DNA from: Cyanobacteria bacterium P01_A01_bin.123
Lineage (GTDB): Bacteria; Cyanobacteriota; Cyanobacteriia; Phormidesmidales; Phormidesmidaceae
DNA: 64,000 nt
Direction of reading: 5' to 3'
Assembly: GCA_039815185.1 (NCBI GenBank)
Contig: JBCBZT010000014.1
Location: 32,001-96,000 of the forward strand
Positions 61,775 through 64,000 of this stretch are shown one piece after another (position 1 is the stretch's first letter; each line of letters starts with the position of its first letter). The translations under genes and the position numbers were made by a program. Under the pieces are notes generated by a model, which saw only the letters and a list, made by a program, of their open reading frames with translations, made no database searches and had not been told where the DNA came from.

Positions 61775-62558
61775 AGGTCAACTGATAGCGATAGAGCGCT
61801 ACCGGACGATTTAAGGCTTTGAAATAGTCTGGATCTCGGGAAGATAGATAAATTGCCGTGACTTGATTGGCTGTAATCACGGCCTCGTTATCCTCTTCCA
61901 CCTGAGAGTAAGCTGTCGTTGTTTCCACTTCGTTCAAGAAGGGCTGGGTAGTACCTCGAAACACTTGCTGAAATATTTCTGAGGTAACAAATTTATCCGC
62001 TGAGGGCGACTCTGTGGCTCGAGCGGTGATGGTGGAAACCAACTGGCGATCGCCCCTTAAAATCGTAATCTGACGGTTAGGATTATCCGGGTCAACCTTA
62101 ACCGCTTTGACAGCCTCGTCTCCCAAATAGGCTCGTGCTAAACTCAGCCCGTTGTAGGCTCGGTCTGAAACTATCTCTGGTGCAGACTGCTTGAGCTGGG
62201 GCAAAAATCGATTGAAATGACGCGGAGTTGCCGGGACAAACTTGACTAAGCAATCAACTGGACGGTTCAAGTATTGACGATTGCCTTCAAAGCCAGGCGT
62301 AATGATTTCTGGAGCTAAAGGCGCAACCATATCTATCAACACTGTGCGCATTTTCCAGGTTCCCGCCATCCAAGTAGGATAGGCCAAATCGCCCTCGGCC
62401 ACATCAACTGGAGGTTTGCCCTCCCATTGGGGGAATTGGACCAAGCGATCGCTGAGGTCTCCAGCCCTAGCTTCACCACTGCAAAAGAGCCATACTAGCA
62501 GCAACAGCGTAATCAAAAAAAGTTTGCGTCGAATGCGTTTGGGCTGCCAACGGGACAT
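61746..62558 (-). CDS. Conserved cyanobacterial-type secreted hypothetical protein
   Basis: Signal peptide (ARA-G); DLAYPTWMAGTW, SDRAYN, NEVETTT. Confidence 0.75.
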   Translation of the reverse strand: MSRWQPKRIRRKLFLITLLLLVWLFCSGEARAGDLSDRLVQFPQWEGKPPVDVAEGDLAYPTWMAGTWKMRTVLIDMVAPLAPEIITPGFEGNRQYLNRPVDCLVKFVPATPRHFNRFLPQLKQSAPEIVSDRAYNGLSLARAYLGDEAVKAVKVDPDNPNRQITILRGDRQLVSTITARATESPSADKFVTSEIFQQVFRGTTQPFLNEVETTTAYSQVEEDNEAVITANQVTAIYLSSRDPDYFKALNRPVALYRYQLTFTPKVAEHG

Positions 62559-62592
62559 AGTTATCGTTTAAGGGATGTCTCAAATCAATTTT

Positions 62593-63297
62593 TCAAGCTT
62601 TTTTTTCTGTGCTGAGCCTGTGCTCAGATTTTGGATACATTACTCGGAATAACGTTTGCTCGCATATACCCCAGTAATAGATACATACATTGAGGATAGC
62701 CAGCATTTTCGTACCATCTTCTAACAAAGCAGGTGTTCCCTTACCGGGGAGTTTAGCAACATCTGAAATGCCTGAAATAATTAGCAGCACTAGTGCAATG
62801 AGAAGTAAAATATAAGGTGTTGACAATAAAATTTTTCGATAAATCCACCCATATGCGACAACTGAAATTCCATAGGTTAGATATGAAATTAGCTTGGGGA
62901 CACTTAGGAAAACTTTAAATATCAGTGTCAACCTAAATAAGTCGTCAGCCAAAAAAATGGTAAGAAGAATTGCTGAAGACAAAATGAATCTCTTATAAAT
63001 ACTCCTGACTTTGTGAGAACGTAAAAACAGATATGTAAACCAACAGATACCAACGGCTACACACCAGAAAAAATCAGATATACCAGTAAACAAGCCATAA
63101 AAAGGAAATGTATCTGAGAAAAAATCTGAAAATAACGTGTTGATAATATAGCCACGTTTTCCACCTCCAAGTTTCGCGTAAATGCCGAGAAACATGAAAG
63201 TTGAGAGAAAGAAAAGATTTAAAAGACTAAAAGGAAGACTAGTTCTTAAAAAAAGAATACTTTCACGAATACCAAAGGTTTTGGATAAAAAAAACAT
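62593..63297 (-). CDS. Hypothetical multi-TM membrane protein (AT-rich)
   Basis: About 6 TMs, LADDLF, LLEDGTKM; start uncertain. Confidence 0.7.
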   Translation of the reverse strand: MFFLSKTFGIRESILFLRTSLPFSLLNLFFLSTFMFLGIYAKLGGGKRGYIINTLFSDFFSDTFPFYGLFTGISDFFWCVAVGICWFTYLFLRSHKVRSIYKRFILSSAILLTIFLADDLFRLTLIFKVFLSVPKLISYLTYGISVVAYGWIYRKILLSTPYILLLIALVLLIISGISDVAKLPGKGTPALLEDGTKMLAILNVCIYYWGICEQTLFRVMYPKSEHRLSTEKKA

Positions 63298-63503
63298 TGA
63301 CTTACATACTCTCGTAAAAGAAAACCACCCTACATATATGTAAAATCTAGAATCCTGTTCAAACCAACCAAATATTAACGAATTTTGAAATTTTAGGACG
63401 ACAAGCCTAGACTAGGAGGCTAGCTAGACCAGTAAGGAGAAAGTATCAAAATCTATCAAGCCTTAAACGGCTATATTAGTCTGTAGATATATATAAATCA
63501 CAA

Positions 63504-64000
63504 CTAGTATTGATAATTCAGAAGCCCAATTTCACGATGGCAAATCTCTTCAATCATCGATTGTGATTCTTTGCTTAAGATTTGCTTGTAGTTTAGATTC
63601 TTGGGACGATTATTATACTTTGTCTTTGGGATATTAAGAGCGCTAGGCAGACCTAAAATTTTGGAGACTTTCTCCAGTTCATAATCTAGGTCTTCAAATC
63701 GAGCGATGTAGTCTACGGCTATTTCACCTAAAATACTGTAAATTCCAAAGTTGGAAATCTTATTTGAATCTTCACGTTGTAAAAAGCTACATAGACTCGG
63801 AGGTTCAGACAAGCCTGCGGTCTTCCAGTAGTACCATGATACAGCTTTATCCCACGGATTTCGTTCAAAGCAGAATTTAAAGTAATTATTCCATACTGAT
63901 TGAGGAATAGTAGCCCGGACATCTTGGGCTGTTGTATGGTTGACATACTGGATACGGCTTCTTGTTTTCAAAAGCTTTAGCCAAGCATAGAAGTGGTAGT
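63504..64000 (-). CDS. Sulfotransferase family 2 protein (5'-truncated by window edge)
   Basis: YFKFCFERNPWDKAVSWYY (3'-phosphate-binding motif) and DYIARFEDL; frame is open to the window end. Confidence 0.82.
   Translation of the reverse strand, partial: YHFYAWLKLLKTRSRIQYVNHTTAQDVRATIPQSVWNNYFKFCFERNPWDKAVSWYYWKTAGLSEPPSLCSFLQREDSNKISNFGIYSILGEIAVDYIARFEDLDYELEKVSKILGLPSALNIPKTKYNNRPKNLNYKQILSKESQSMIEEICHREIGLLNYQY

Noticed and set aside
3646..63946. Many 60-170-aa ORFs antisense or out of frame within confident genes (e.g. 3646-3951, 21223-21675, 37282-37749, 52733-53239)
   Set aside because: Shadow ORFs with no recognisable motifs.
1..64000. Abundant GCGATCGC as a novel repeat
   Set aside because: This is the well-known cyanobacterial HIP1; used only as a marker of native versus acquired DNA.

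Overview
Chromosomal DNA from a cyanobacterium, probably a filamentous Leptolyngbya/Nodosilinea-like lineage (an inference). The evidence is very frequent HIP1 octamers (GCGATCGC), petL, ndhS, Uma2 nucleases and pentapeptide proteins. Housekeeping genes (coaE, cobA-hemD, gloB, uraD, aroB, hisB, thrC, VKOR-Trx, ndhS, phosphoketolase) alternate with accessory patches. The left ~5.9 kb holds a twice-broken NTPase-TPR gene, Uma2 fragments and hairpins. A two-component/efflux/hydrolase cluster lies at 28.5-38.9 kb, with a duplicated ~145-bp promoter. Further right are a 2535-aa kinase-AAA-GAF-PAS-GGDEF-EAL protein, cassette-like genes separated by attC-like hairpins at 46.8-49.2 kb, and an AT-rich block at the right edge. 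Items not in the ORF track: petL (23188-23283, minus); two copies of a ~130-bp MITE, each on a TAG stop codon; an NtcA-like box; an ECF promoter; CRP-like boxes; and tandem repeats. The most interesting candidates are a catalytically dead large serine recombinase, the integron-cassette-like relics, the duplicated-promoter regulon and a VKOR lacking its loop cysteines. I found no rRNA, tRNA or CRISPR array. All calls come from reading the sequence; no database searches were run.
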